Positions 19,412-29,499 of a DNA stretch of 64,000 nt are shown here, one piece after another. Within the stretch, counting starts at the first letter, position 1. Every line of letters starts with the position of its first letter. Below the pieces are notes generated by a model that did not search any database, had not been told where the DNA came from, and saw only the letters and a list, made by a program, of their open reading frames with translations. The position numbers were made by a program, and so were the translations under genes. Source of the DNA: Candidatus Nomurabacteria bacterium (GTDB taxonomy: Bacteria; Patescibacteriota; Minisyncoccia; Phycocordibacterales; UBA918); the NCBI GenBank assembly GCA_023898585.1, contig CP060229.1:726587-790586 (forward strand). Direction: 5' to 3'.

Positions 19412-20617
19412 CTACTTACTGTCTTCAATATTAAGAGTGAAAAACATAGCCGGGATCATCAAACCGGCAAATACAATAAAAAGTAAGTTTAATGGCAGAT
19501 AGAGAAGTGCCACACTTGCAAGCAGAGCACCGATAACGTAGGCTAACGGTCTTGTGATACGGAAGAAGCTGATTATTTGAGCATCACTGCTTTTGGTCTG
19601 TTTAAAGAAATAACTTTCGGTCGTTACTTCTACGAGGCTGGCGCCAACTCTGGTTACAAACATTATTACCGACCATACCAGTATGCTGGTTGCCGTAACA
19701 AAAGACATCCATGATATTGAGACGGCGATTATCAAAAACCCGAATCCCATCATTTCTTTCTCACCAATATACTTGTCGGCGATAATTCCTATGGGATATT
19801 CAAGTATCACATAGGCCATTTGAGCAAAGAGCATAACCACACCGAACTCCGTCCAAGACAGGCCTATGTTGCCGGTGAGATACAGCGGTGCGTAGACCAC
19901 CATGCACATAAAAAACATCTGCAACGTAAAGTGTGCTAAAAAAACAAAGCGAATGTTCGTCTGTTCCCAAAAGGTTCGAATGGCGGAAAAAAGGTCAATT
20001 TCTTCATATTCCGGGTCACTAAAGTCTCTGAAAAAGAATATTAAAAGTATGATTATCGGAATCAATGTTGAAGCGCTGACAAGGTAAACTGTGGTGAAAG
20101 TGCCGTTCGAACCGTTAACCAACAAACTACTAATGAGTGGCGTTACGGCACCGACGAGACTGGTTAAAGTTAACAACAACCCACGTTTGCCACCGGTTGT
20201 TGTCTCGTTGTTACCGATCTGTTCCTCCATGAAAACGTCAATATTGAAGATAATCAGAGGAACAGAAATTATGTGCACGAGGAAAAGAGGTACTGCCACG
20301 CGCAGGCTATCGGCAAACGCCATTCCAACGACAGCTAAAAAATTAATCAGCAAGAGACCTAAGGTCAGTTTAAAATTACCGACCCTATGAAGAACGCGTG
20401 AAATAAACAAGAAAATCAAAACACTAAGGGCAGAGCCAACAGTGTATATTGTACCTACTCCCGCTTCCTCGGAGATAAACTCTTTAAGGAATGATGAATT
20501 GATATAAGCTACAACAAAAGTGTGGAAAACTAGAAGTAGGGAAGCAATGTATATCGGAATCAAGTGACGTTTCGGCTTTTTTTTGAGGTTAATACTGTAG
20601 TGGGTAGCACGTGGCAT
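19412..20617 (-). CDS. MFS transporter
   Basis: 12 TM helices with MFS-like loop motifs. Confidence 0.7.
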   Translation of the reverse strand: MPRATHYSINLKKKPKRHLIPIYIASLLLVFHTFVVAYINSSFLKEFISEEAGVGTIYTVGSALSVLIFLFISRVLHRVGNFKLTLGLLLINFLAVVGMAFADSLRVAVPLFLVHIISVPLIIFNIDVFMEEQIGNNETTTGGKRGLLLTLTSLVGAVTPLISSLLVNGSNGTFTTVYLVSASTLIPIIILLIFFFRDFSDPEYEEIDLFSAIRTFWEQTNIRFVFLAHFTLQMFFMCMVVYAPLYLTGNIGLSWTEFGVVMLFAQMAYVILEYPIGIIADKYIGEKEMMGFGFLIIAVSISWMSFVTATSILVWSVIMFVTRVGASLVEVTTESYFFKQTKSSDAQIISFFRITRPLAYVIGALLASVALLYLPLNLLFIVFAGLMIPAMFFTLNIEDSK

Positions 20618-20627
20618 ATAAATACAT

Positions 20628-20662
20628 TATAGCCACCAAAAACTGTGTTTTTGGTGGCTATA
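20628..20662. terminator. perfect 15-bp palindromic hairpin (bidirectional terminator candidate downstream of rbfA)
   Basis: tatagccaccaaaaa-ctgtg-tttttggtggctata. Confidence 0.55.
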
Positions 20663-20739
20663 AACAACTGGTTTTAATTTGTTAAGAAAAGCTGGTCTCG
20701 AGCGAAGAAGTTAACAAAAGAGTATAGGGGATTTGGCTA

Positions 20740-21078
20740 TTATTCTTTAGGGTAGAGTCCTTTCACTATCTCATCAATCTGTTGTCTGTGACGTTCCCCG
20801 GCATCAATCATAAAATCGAGATGAGGTATTTGTTTCATACGGGCGTGTTTTTTGAAGTAATCCCGAATTTCCGTACCGTTTCTTTTTAGGAAAATGAGAG
20901 CTTCTTGTTCACCCTCATTGGGGATGGTGGTGATAAAAATTATGGCATGACGCATGTCAGGAGACAAATCAACAGACGTCACAGTAATCATAGGATTACT
21001 GTTTGTTTCACTGCGAATGAATTTTGCCGCCAGCTCCATTATCAATCCGGCCCGACGGACATGTCGATCGTCACTCAT
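20740..21078 (-). CDS. rbfA: ribosome-binding factor A
   Basis: ITVTSVDLSPDMRHAIIFIT and IPHLDFMID blocks. Immediately downstream of infB. Confidence 0.8.
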   Translation of the reverse strand: MSDDRHVRRAGLIMELAAKFIRSETNSNPMITVTSVDLSPDMRHAIIFITTIPNEGEQEALIFLKRNGTEIRDYFKKHARMKQIPHLDFMIDAGERHRQQIDEIVKGLYPKE

Positions 21079-21084
21079 GTTTGT

Positions 21085-22593
21085 CTATGTTACGACTGTG
21101 TCGAAAGGTATTAAGTGGTCACCCGGAGCAATGTCTGTTTTGGTGTCCAATTGCATTCCGAATTCACCTTCTTCGACCTTCTGCACATTCGATTTCATTT
21201 GTTGAAGATTTTTGACGACACCTTTCCCGATTTCTATATCGCGTCTTAGAATAGTCACGTGCTGGTTCATTTTAATACATCCTTCTTCCATTCGTCCGCC
21301 AAGCACATGAGTATGTTTTTGTATACTGAAAAGTTTAAGGATTTTAACTTTACCGGTTTCAATCTCCTCTTCCTTCTTGGGAGTGCGGTTTTTAAGAGCA
21401 GAATCGAGCCACTCGGATAATTCGTAGATAATATTAAACGTGTCGATTTCGACATTTTGTCGTTCTGCTAGGTCCTTTGCCGGTCTTTCGACTCTAACGT
21501 TAAAGCCGACAATAATAGCGTTTTTAGTGGCGCTAACATTTTGTACGTCGTTTACGGTGATGTCACCGACTCCCGAATCAATCACTTTGACGTTTACACG
21601 ATTTGATTCAAATTTATCCAACTCGTGTCTGATCGCGTCGATTGTTCCAAGAACGTCAGCTTTGATGAGAATGGGAATAGTCGGCAAACTTGAATCGCTT
21701 GTTGTTTTGGTTGTATCGTTTTCGACAGTTTTTGATCCTGCGATAATCGCTTCGGCTTCCTTCTTGTTGGCTACGGTTGAAAAAGACACCCCTACTTCCG
21801 GAATATCTGAAAAACCTACAATCCTTACCGGCGTTGATAGGCCTGCTTCTTTGACGGGTTTGCCCAGAAAATCTTCCATGATTCTAACCGGCGATTGTGC
21901 TTTCCCGGCAATTACAACCTGACCGCTTTTTAATGTACCATTGGTTATGAGTAGGGTTGCAGTATTGCCTCTTTTAGGATCGAGTTTACCCTCAATGACT
22001 TTTCCGGTGGCTAATAAACTAGTATCACCCTCAAGCCCGGCCAAATCTGCTGTTAATACAACTAAGTCTAAAAGATCACTAATACCATCTCCTTTCTTTG
22101 CTGAGATAGGTGTCCATGGTATATCTCCACCCATGCCTTCAATGTAGATTTCATTTTCTATCAAACTGGCTTGAGTCTTGGCGATATCAGCCCCCGGCTT
22201 GTCTATTTTGTTTATAGCAACAACATACGGTATCCCCGCGGTTTTTATTGATTCGAGCGCTTCGAGAGTTTGAGGTTTGACTCCATCTTCGGCAGACACC
22301 ACCAGTATGGCTACATCAGCTACATCAGCCCCGCGCAGACGCATTTTTTGGAAAGCAGCGTGTCCCGGGGTGTCAAGAAAAGTTATTTTTTCTTCGACAC
22401 CATCCTTGGTAGTGTGGGGCACCACGTAGGCGGAGAGATGTTGGGTTATTCCACCAGCTTCTTTGTCCACTATGTTGCTCTTTCGAATGGTGTCGAGGAG
22501 AGTTGATTTGCCGTGGTCAATGTGGCCCATTACCACCACTATCGGTGGTCGTTTTATGATATTTGAAACAGCTTGTTTTGATTTTTTAGCCAT
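21085..22593 (-). CDS. infB: translation initiation factor IF-2 (short form)
   Basis: G-domain [21 protein letters not shown] candidates at 22593 (MAKKSKQ...) and 22620. The track's longer N-terminal extension is hydrophobic and probably not translated. Confidence 0.9.
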   Translation of the reverse strand: MAKKSKQAVSNIIKRPPIVVVMGHIDHGKSTLLDTIRKSNIVDKEAGGITQHLSAYVVPHTTKDGVEEKITFLDTPGHAAFQKMRLRGADVADVAILVVSAEDGVKPQTLEALESIKTAGIPYVVAINKIDKPGADIAKTQASLIENEIYIEGMGGDIPWTPISAKKGDGISDLLDLVVLTADLAGLEGDTSLLATGKVIEGKLDPKRGNTATLLITNGTLKSGQVVIAGKAQSPVRIMEDFLGKPVKEAGLSTPVRIVGFSDIPEVGVSFSTVANKKEAEAIIAGSKTVENDTTKTTSDSSLPTIPILIKADVLGTIDAIRHELDKFESNRVNVKVIDSGVGDITVNDVQNVSATKNAIIVGFNVRVERPAKDLAERQNVEIDTFNIIYELSEWLDSALKNRTPKKEEEIETGKVKILKLFSIQKHTHVLGGRMEEGCIKMNQHVTILRRDIEIGKGVVKNLQQMKSNVQKVEEGEFGMQLDTKTDIAPGDHLIPFDTVVT

Positions 22594-22795
22594 ATTAATA
22601 ATTGGTTTAGACGCGTACATAACAAAACGCCGAAAAAGCGCTTTTTCTCTCCTAATAATTAGTCCGGAGTATAGCAAATAAAGGCTAAATAAGCCAGAGA
22701 CCATAAACACGTATACCTAGTCTCGGATATACATTGTTCCCAATAAAAACTGCGACACACAAGTGTTATAATATGCTAGCAGAGGTTAAAAAATT

Positions 22796-23041
22796 ATGAC
22801 AGATTCGAGTGTAGAATACCCCAGTGGTAAGCCGAAGAAATGTAAGAGTTGTGTCTTTTCGCTTATCTTGTTTTTTCTTGTGGCAATTTCCCTTGGGCCA
22901 GTAGCGATGGGATTGGTAAGTGGTAGTTTCACCTGGTCGATCATAACCATAGTTGCAGAGCTCACTATTATTATTGTGCTATTTAAACTTGACGACAGAT
23001 ATAACTGGTCAAAAAATGCCCTAAAGAAGCTTAAGGTTTAA
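22796..23041 (+). CDS. hypothetical small membrane protein
   Basis: 81 aa with two TM helices. Confidence 0.35.
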   Translation: MTDSSVEYPSGKPKKCKSCVFSLILFFLVAISLGPVAMGLVSGSFTWSIITIVAELTIIIVLFKLDDRYNWSKNALKKLKV

Positions 23042-23142
23042 ACGCTGATATATATACTAGATTGGCCTTAACCATTTCCAAGAGATTAATACTTCGGAGG
23101 CGGTTTTCTTTTTGTCTATTTAAGCAAGATATGGCATGATTT

Positions 23143-24360
23143 TTGGATATGAAATGGTGGGGCAGTGATAAGGACAGGAAAAACGAGCGAGTCTACTTGG
23201 ACTGGGCATCGGCGACGCCGCTTTTGCCGGAGGCGAAAGTGGCGATGGAGCCATTTTTAGGCAGTGATTTTGGCAATGCCAGTTCCATTCATAAAGAGGG
23301 ACAGGTAGCGAGGGAGACGGTTGAGGGCGCGCGCGACAGAGTCGCGCGCGCCCTACAGACCCGATCGGAATATGTCACCTTTACCGCCGGCGGAACCGAA
23401 GCCAACAATTTAGCGATTTTGGGTACAGTTAATTACCTACACCATAACGAGCGGAATTATTCCGAGATGGAGATTGTTACGACTCGGATTGAACATCCGT
23501 CGGTGAGTAGGGTTGTAGAATATTTGTCTGGTTTGGGTGTCTTGGTAAAGTATGTCGATGTTGATGAAGAAGGCTTTGTGATACTGGCACATTTGAGGGA
23601 ATTATTATCCGAAAGCACAGTGCTTTTCTCAGTCGCCTATGCTAACAGTGAAATCGGAGTGGTACAGAAGTTACATAGACTAAAGAAAGTGCTACGTGAA
23701 GCTGAAGAAAGATTTGGTTCAAAAATAATGTTTCACCTTGATGGTGCGCAAGCTCCACTCTGGCTGAATTGTCAAATGGACAGTGCGGGAGCGGATTTGT
23801 TGTCATTAGATTCGGGAAAATTTTGTGGTCCCAAGGGAGTAGGTCTGTTGGTCTCTAGTAAACGCGCAAAAGTGGAAAATGTCATATACGGAGGTGGGCA
23901 AGAAGCCGGTTTACGTCCGGGAACGGAAAATGTGGCCGGAATAGTCGGAGCCGGTACGGCCATGGCCGATGCACAAGCAAATTGGCGCGAGCGAGCCCAA
24001 ATTGCGAGAGCAGTACGTGATGAAGGAATAAAAATCTTACTGAAAGATATTCCCGAAGCAATCCTAAATGGCCCTTCAGGTGAATATAGACTTGCTAACA
24101 ATATAAACATTTCTATACCTTATCTTGATACCGAATACGCCACGGTTTGGCTCGACAGCAAAGGGTTCTCAGTCAGTACCAAGTCTGCTTGCTCCGGAGC
24201 GGGAGGGGGTGAGAGTGTGGTGGTGAAAGTGGTTTCAAATAATTCTGTTCGTGCATCATCCACTTTGCGTTTTACTATTGGACCGGACACGTCCATTTCG
24301 CAACTGCAGAAATTAGCCAATAATCTTCGGAAATTTATAGATAAGACAACAAATTTATGA
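23143..24360 (+). CDS. cysteine desulfurase (class V aminotransferase, IscS/NifS family)
   Basis: PLP-lysine context LDSGKFCGPKGVG and active-site Cys loop STKSACSGAGGG. Confidence 0.85.
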   Translation: MDMKWWGSDKDRKNERVYLDWASATPLLPEAKVAMEPFLGSDFGNASSIHKEGQVARETVEGARDRVARALQTRSEYVTFTAGGTEANNLAILGTVNYLHHNERNYSEMEIVTTRIEHPSVSRVVEYLSGLGVLVKYVDVDEEGFVILAHLRELLSESTVLFSVAYANSEIGVVQKLHRLKKVLREAEERFGSKIMFHLDGAQAPLWLNCQMDSAGADLLSLDSGKFCGPKGVGLLVSSKRAKVENVIYGGGQEAGLRPGTENVAGIVGAGTAMADAQANWRERAQIARAVRDEGIKILLKDIPEAILNGPSGEYRLANNINISIPYLDTEYATVWLDSKGFSVSTKSACSGAGGGESVVVKVVSNNSVRASSTLRFTIGPDTSISQLQKLANNLRKFIDKTTNL

Positions 24361-24640
24361 CCGTCAATCTGTTGAATTTGCTAAATAAGTAAGAAAATTA
24401 TTTAGAGTTTGTTCAGAAACCCTCCGGGCTCCAAATTTTGCAAACCGACGAGCCGGAATAAAATATTAGACGAGAATTTATTCTTTTGCGTAGGGTTTTT
24501 GGACACGCTCTATTCATTCCAACCAATCGCTTTTTGATTTAAACTAACCCCGCATAATAATCACACTGATTAATATAGATGATTTTTAACTAGGCGAATA
24601 ATTCCACCTGGTTTTTTTGTGTAACAACTACCTGTGTATA

Positions 24641-24703
24641 AAGTGGTTGCTGGTGGGGCGAAGTGGTATATAATGTGCGAGTGGTGGGAGATAGTGGTAT
24701 ACT
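24641..24703 (+). promoter_or_regulatory. mraZ promoter region with direct GTGG(T/G) repeats at 10-bp phasing (MraZ-box-like) and embedded TATAAT
   Basis: GTGG at 24643, 24653, 24663 (exact 10-bp period), then 24684 and 24694. TATAAT at 24668-24673. tggtatact at 24695-24703. Confidence 0.5.
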
Positions 24704-24797
24704 AGTAAAACTGGTGTACCGGAGCTAGTTTGGCAATCCGCCACAAAATCTCCACATTATTGTGGGGGATTGCCAGACTGGCTCAGCGACTATCAAT

Positions 24798-25232
24798 ATG
24801 TTAATTGGCGAATACAAGCATACGTTGGATCCTAAGAAAAGGCTTTCCATGCCGTCGAAATGGCGGAAGGAACTTGGGAAAAAGCTTGTCGTCACGCGCG
24901 GACTTGATAACTGTCTCTTTGTATATCCCTTGAAGGAGTGGCAGAAAATCACTGACAAAATCGGTGAACTGCCACTCGGACAAGCGGATACAAGAAGTTT
25001 CAACAGATTCTTCTTATCGGGAGCTGTAGAGGTGGAGGTAGATTCAGTTGGACGTATTCTCGTGCCAGACTTTTTGAAAGATTTTGGACAGCTAGACTCA
25101 AAAGTAGTTTTAGCTGGAATCCATAGTCGTATCGAAATTTGGGATGAGAAACGATGGGAGACCTATAAGCGCACTATCGAAAAGCAGGCCGATCAATTGG
25201 CCGAAAAACTTGGAGAAGTTGGCGTCCTCTAA
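24798..25232 (+). CDS. mraZ: transcriptional regulator MraZ
   Basis: MLIGEYKHTLDPKKRLSMPSKWR...LVVTRGLDNCLFVYP (duplicated SpoVT/AbrB-like halves). ATG at 24798. The track's start at 24762 is an upstream extension. Confidence 0.9.
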   Translation: MLIGEYKHTLDPKKRLSMPSKWRKELGKKLVVTRGLDNCLFVYPLKEWQKITDKIGELPLGQADTRSFNRFFLSGAVEVEVDSVGRILVPDFLKDFGQLDSKVVLAGIHSRIEIWDEKRWETYKRTIEKQADQLAEKLGEVGVL

Positions 25233-25245
25233 TCAACCAAATCAC

Positions 25246-26130
25246 ATGCAACATAAAACTGTATTGCTGTCTGAAGCAGTAGATGGTCTTCGGGTGTCGA
25301 AAAATGACATCGTTGTCGACGCAACGTTTGGCTGTGGCGGACACGCAAAAGAAATAATTGGAAAGCTTGGTAAGAAAGGATGCTATATCGGTATTGATAC
25401 CGATGCTACCGCCTTTAATCAGGTAAAACTGGGTGAAGTCATCCCACGTATTCACTTGGTTAATGACAACTTCAAGAACGTATCAACCATTCTTGATTCA
25501 TTGAACATTAGACAAGTAAACGCAATCTTAGCCGACTTAGGCTGGCGGATGGAACAGTTCGCGGACACAGATAAGGGATTTTCTTTCAAAAGCGATGGAC
25601 CACTCTACATGACCTTCGGTGATCCAAAGAATTACGATTTCACAGCCGAAGATATTATCAATGACTGGGACGAACATGTAATCGCTGACATCTTGTTTGG
25701 TTACGCTGAAGAGAGGTTTGCAAGGAGGATCGCAAAGGGAATAGTGACAGCTCGCAAAGTCAAGCGAATTACTTCGACCTTCGAGTTGGTAAAGATAGTG
25801 GAAAATTCCTTGCCGAAGATAGCGCTAAATAAAAAAATTCATCCGGCCACTAAGACCTTTCAGGGTCTTCGTATAGCGGTGAACGATGAACTCCGGGTAT
25901 TGGAGCAATTCATCAAAGATGGATTTTCTAGACTGGCAAAAGGGGGGAATATGGCAATTATAACTTTTCATAGTATTGAAGACAGAATTGTCAAGCTCTC
26001 GTTCAGAGAGCTGGTGAAAGCGGGGTTGGGAGAACTAAAAAACAAAAAACCCATTACTTCAAGTGAAGAAGAATTAAAAGCAAATCCTCGCGCGAGAAGC
26101 GCGAAACTAAGAATAATAAAAAAATTCTAA
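25246..26130 (+). CDS. rsmH: 16S rRNA (cytosine1402-N4)-methyltransferase
   Basis: HKTVLLSEAVDGL, DATFGCGGH and FHSIEDRIVK RsmH/MraW signatures. ATG at 25246. Confidence 0.9.
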   Translation: MQHKTVLLSEAVDGLRVSKNDIVVDATFGCGGHAKEIIGKLGKKGCYIGIDTDATAFNQVKLGEVIPRIHLVNDNFKNVSTILDSLNIRQVNAILADLGWRMEQFADTDKGFSFKSDGPLYMTFGDPKNYDFTAEDIINDWDEHVIADILFGYAEERFARRIAKGIVTARKVKRITSTFELVKIVENSLPKIALNKKIHPATKTFQGLRIAVNDELRVLEQFIKDGFSRLAKGGNMAIITFHSIEDRIVKLSFRELVKAGLGELKNKKPITSSEEELKANPRARSAKLRIIKKF

Positions 26131-26137
26131 TAGAAAC

Positions 26138-26443
26138 ATGGTAAATAGTCGCGACACAATAAAATATTCAAAAGCCACACTAGGTTGTTTTTGTCTTCTT
26201 GTTGCTACAGTTGTCCTTTACTTGTATTTCCTAAACATGTCTGTGGTTGAAGTCGTGTTGAGAACTGAAAATGTTCAGACACAGCGTGAACTTAATATGG
26301 AAATTGCCACACTGGAAGCGAAATATATAGAAGCACAACACGTCATCGCTGGTAGAATTGCCTCTCTTGATGGCTACAATAAAGACTCACAAAAAGTTTT
26401 TGTGTCTCGTAATAAAGGAAGTCTGGTGTTGCGAGACAATTAA
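26138..26443 (+). CDS. FtsL-like cell-division protein
   Basis: Single TM plus coiled coil. Located between rsmH and ftsI. Confidence 0.5.
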   Translation: MVNSRDTIKYSKATLGCFCLLVATVVLYLYFLNMSVVEVVLRTENVQTQRELNMEIATLEAKYIEAQHVIAGRIASLDGYNKDSQKVFVSRNKGSLVLRDN

Positions 26444-26449
26444 AAAACT

Positions 26450-28171
26450 ATGAAGCGTAGACAGCTAATTATTCGTATCAGGTTGCTGTCTGGGATAGTC
26501 TGTTTGTTCGCTCTTTTGTTGATAGGTCGTCTGTACCAGGTGCAAGTTATTGAAGCAAAGCTGTACCAAGAGCGCGCGGAGAGTCAATATGTCCACACCA
26601 AAACCGACCTATACTCCAGAGGTTCAATCTTTTTTTCAACCAGAGAAGGGGAGCTATTGTCGGCCGCGGCTATCCAGTCGGGGTTTCTTTTAGCTGCCAA
26701 TCCTGAACATATTACAATTCCGAAAGAAGAATTCTGCAATTCATTAAGAGACTATATTGAATCTCCCGTTGAAAGGTGTGTTGAACGTATTTCTACACCG
26801 GGTCGAACCTACGTCGAGCTGGCCATGCGTATCAGTGACGAAGATGCGGACGTAATAGCTAAATCAGGGATCGATGGTGCTTTATTGTATAAGAACCAGT
26901 GGCGTTATTATCCCGGTGGTTCTTTATCTGCTCGTTCAATTGGGTTTGTCGGTTATACAGATGATGAAACCGAGCTGAGAGGAAAGTATGGTCTTGAGAG
27001 ACAATACGACGACGTTCTTTTTGAAGGAAGACAAACCTTATCAGTCAATTTTTTTGCCGAGTTATTTAGCAACCTCGGTGAATTGGTTTATGATAAAGAT
27101 GACTCAAGTAACGGTGATTTAATAACGACTCTAGAACCTTCCGTCTCTCGCATGCTGGACTCAGTTTTGCAAGAAACAAATGATGAGTACCAAAGCAAAT
27201 TGACAGCGGCTATTATCATGGATCCACACACAGGAGAAATACTGGCCATGAATGCTGTACCTGGTTTTGACCTGAACGACCGTAGTGGGGCAACTATAGA
27301 GCAATTTCAAAATCCGTTGGTGGAGAATCTTTATGAATTCGGCTCTACCATAAAAGCTCTCACCATGGCCGCCGGACTAGACTCTGGTGCGATTACAACC
27401 GAATCGACATATTATGATGCTGGCTCAATCGAGTTGAATGGATTTACAATCAAGAATTATGACGGTAGAGGTCGTGGCCAAGTCAAGATGCAGGAAATTC
27501 TTAATCAATCTCTAAATACTGGTGTGTCTCACATTGTGCAGAAAATGGGCAAGGAAAAATTCCGTGACTACTTTTTAAATTACAAACTTGGTAGTGAAAC
27601 CGGTATTGATCTTCCCAATGAAGCTTTTGGTTTGGTAGATAATCTCTACGCAGCGGGTGATGTACAATACGCAACCGCCTCGTTTGGTCAAGGTATAGCA
27701 ATGACCCCGATTGCGACCACCAGAGCATTAGCAACTCTGGCAAATGGAGGTAAGTTGGTGACACCGCACTTGGTGAAAACGATCAAGTACAAAAGTGGAA
27801 AAACCAAAGAAATACGATATCCAGAAGGCAATCAAGTTTTGTCAAAAGAAGCCAGTGAAGAAATTTCTCGCATGTTGGTGAATGTTGTTGACGATGCCCT
27901 TCAGGGAGGAAAAGTGGCTCTTCCCAACCACACAATTGGCGCTAAGACCGGTACCGCCCAGATACCCGATCCGGTCAATGGAGGGTATTACGAAGATAAA
28001 TTTCTCCACTCGTTTTTTGGTTACTTTCCAGCCTTCGATCCGAAATTTATAGTTTTCATGTATACTGTAGAACCACAAGGTGTTAGCTACGCTTCAGAAA
28101 CACTGACGAAACCTTTCATGGACATTACCCGATTTTTGATTAATTATTACTCGGTACCTCCTGACCGTTAA
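26450..28171 (+). CDS. ftsI: peptidoglycan D,D-transpeptidase (class B PBP, FtsI/PBP2-like)
   Basis: N-terminal TM. STIK (SxxK), SLN (SxN) and KTGT motifs. Confidence 0.9.
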   Translation: MKRRQLIIRIRLLSGIVCLFALLLIGRLYQVQVIEAKLYQERAESQYVHTKTDLYSRGSIFFSTREGELLSAAAIQSGFLLAANPEHITIPKEEFCNSLRDYIESPVERCVERISTPGRTYVELAMRISDEDADVIAKSGIDGALLYKNQWRYYPGGSLSARSIGFVGYTDDETELRGKYGLERQYDDVLFEGRQTLSVNFFAELFSNLGELVYDKDDSSNGDLITTLEPSVSRMLDSVLQETNDEYQSKLTAAIIMDPHTGEILAMNAVPGFDLNDRSGATIEQFQNPLVENLYEFGSTIKALTMAAGLDSGAITTESTYYDAGSIELNGFTIKNYDGRGRGQVKMQEILNQSLNTGVSHIVQKMGKEKFRDYFLNYKLGSETGIDLPNEAFGLVDNLYAAGDVQYATASFGQGIAMTPIATTRALATLANGGKLVTPHLVKTIKYKSGKTKEIRYPEGNQVLSKEASEEISRMLVNVVDDALQGGKVALPNHTIGAKTGTAQIPDPVNGGYYEDKFLHSFFGYFPAFDPKFIVFMYTVEPQGVSYASETLTKPFMDITRFLINYYSVPPDR

Positions 28172-28173
28172 AT

Positions 28174-29466
28174 ATGAAGAATTTTTTAAAATCAATTATA
28201 GTGGCTATCATTACGGCAGAAGCCGCCTTTTTGCTACGAAGGAAACAACCCAAAATCATTGCCGTGACAGGAAGTGTGGGAAAAACTTCAACCAAGGATG
28301 CTATTTACTCAGCCATCAAGAATAATACCTACGCCAGAAAAAGTGAAAAGAGTTTTAACTCTGATATTGGTGTGCCTTTGACTGTCCTCGGTCTGCCTAA
28401 TGGGTGGAATAACCCGTTTCTCTGGATTCGTAACATAGTTGATGGTTTTTTCACCGCCTTTTTTGCCCGTGATTATCCTGAAGTCTTGGTGCTCGAAACA
28501 GGCTTTGACAGACCGGGATACATGTCAAAACTAATTCGATGGGTTCATCCCGATATAGTGGTTTTGACGAGATTGCCCTCAGTACCGGTCCATGTTGAAT
28601 TTTTCCCATCTCCCGAAGCTGTTGTGGCTGAAAAGATGAAGTTGGTAAGTGGAATGAAACCGGATGGAGTGCTGATATATAACAATGATGATGCTATAGT
28701 TCAGTCACAGTTACCTGATGTGCTACAAAGAAGCGTCGGTTTTGGTCGCTATCTGGAAACGGATATTACAGCGAGAGAAGACAGAATTGTCTACCGAGAT
28801 GATCTGCCGGTAGGTGTTGAGTTCTCGGTTTTTTACCACAACGAACCCTACAAAATCTTTATCAATGACACGGTCGGTACACAGCATGTGTATTCTTGCT
28901 GTGCTGCCATAGCCGTCTCTAATGAGTTGGATATACCGATAGAAGAAGCGGTGGGATCAATTCAATCGTTAAAAACTCCGAACGGCAGAATGAGAATAAT
29001 ACCCGGACTCAAGTCTTCTATTTTGATTGATGATTCGTATAATTCTTCTCCTTTGGCGGTAGAACAGGCACTATTGGCCTTGCAGGGAATTGCTTATGCA
29101 AAAAGAAAAATCGCTGTCTTGGGAGACATGCTTGAATTGGGAAAATATTCATCTACCGAACATAGAAGAGTGGGTACTTTAGTTCCCGGTGTGGCTGACA
29201 TACTATTCACGGTTGGGGTCAGAGCGAGGCAGATGGCCGAAGGCGCTATGTCGGTCGGTATGTCGGAGAAGCACATTTTTCAGTATGACGATGTGGCAAG
29301 AGCCGGCAGGGAATTGCAAGCGTTGCTACACCCCGGTGATGTAGTTTTGATAAAAGCCTCGCAAGGAATCAGAGCGGAGAGAATAGTCGAAGAAGTAATG
29401 GCTGAACCGGACAAAGCAAAAGAACTTCTGGTGAGACACGATGAAGACTGGATGAAAATTGCTTAA
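28174..29466 (+). CDS. murF: UDP-MurNAc-tripeptide--D-Ala-D-Ala ligase (Mur ligase family; MurF-like)
   Basis: P-loop IAVTGSVGKTSTKD and the DDSYNSSP motif resembling MurF DDSYNANP. 430 aa. Confidence 0.75.
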   Translation: MKNFLKSIIVAIITAEAAFLLRRKQPKIIAVTGSVGKTSTKDAIYSAIKNNTYARKSEKSFNSDIGVPLTVLGLPNGWNNPFLWIRNIVDGFFTAFFARDYPEVLVLETGFDRPGYMSKLIRWVHPDIVVLTRLPSVPVHVEFFPSPEAVVAEKMKLVSGMKPDGVLIYNNDDAIVQSQLPDVLQRSVGFGRYLETDITAREDRIVYRDDLPVGVEFSVFYHNEPYKIFINDTVGTQHVYSCCAAIAVSNELDIPIEEAVGSIQSLKTPNGRMRIIPGLKSSILIDDSYNSSPLAVEQALLALQGIAYAKRKIAVLGDMLELGKYSSTEHRRVGTLVPGVADILFTVGVRARQMAEGAMSVGMSEKHIFQYDDVARAGRELQALLHPGDVVLIKASQGIRAERIVEEVMAEPDKAKELLVRHDEDWMKIA

Positions 29467-29499
29467 TTGCATTTATTGTTGTATAATAAATGCAATTAA
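29463..29499. repeat. perfect 15-bp inverted repeat (ttaattgcatttatt / aataaatgcaattaa) spanning murF stop to next ORF start
   Basis: Arms at 29463-29477 and 29485-29499, loop gttgtat. AT-rich stem. Could be a terminator or an operator. Confidence 0.5.

Noticed and set aside
24762-25245. Track start codons for mraZ (24762) and rsmH (25144)
   Set aside because: These are in-frame upstream extensions. The conserved N-termini begin at ATG 24798 (MLIGEY...) and ATG 25246 (MQHKTVLL...). The rsmH extension would overlap mraZ by 89 nt.
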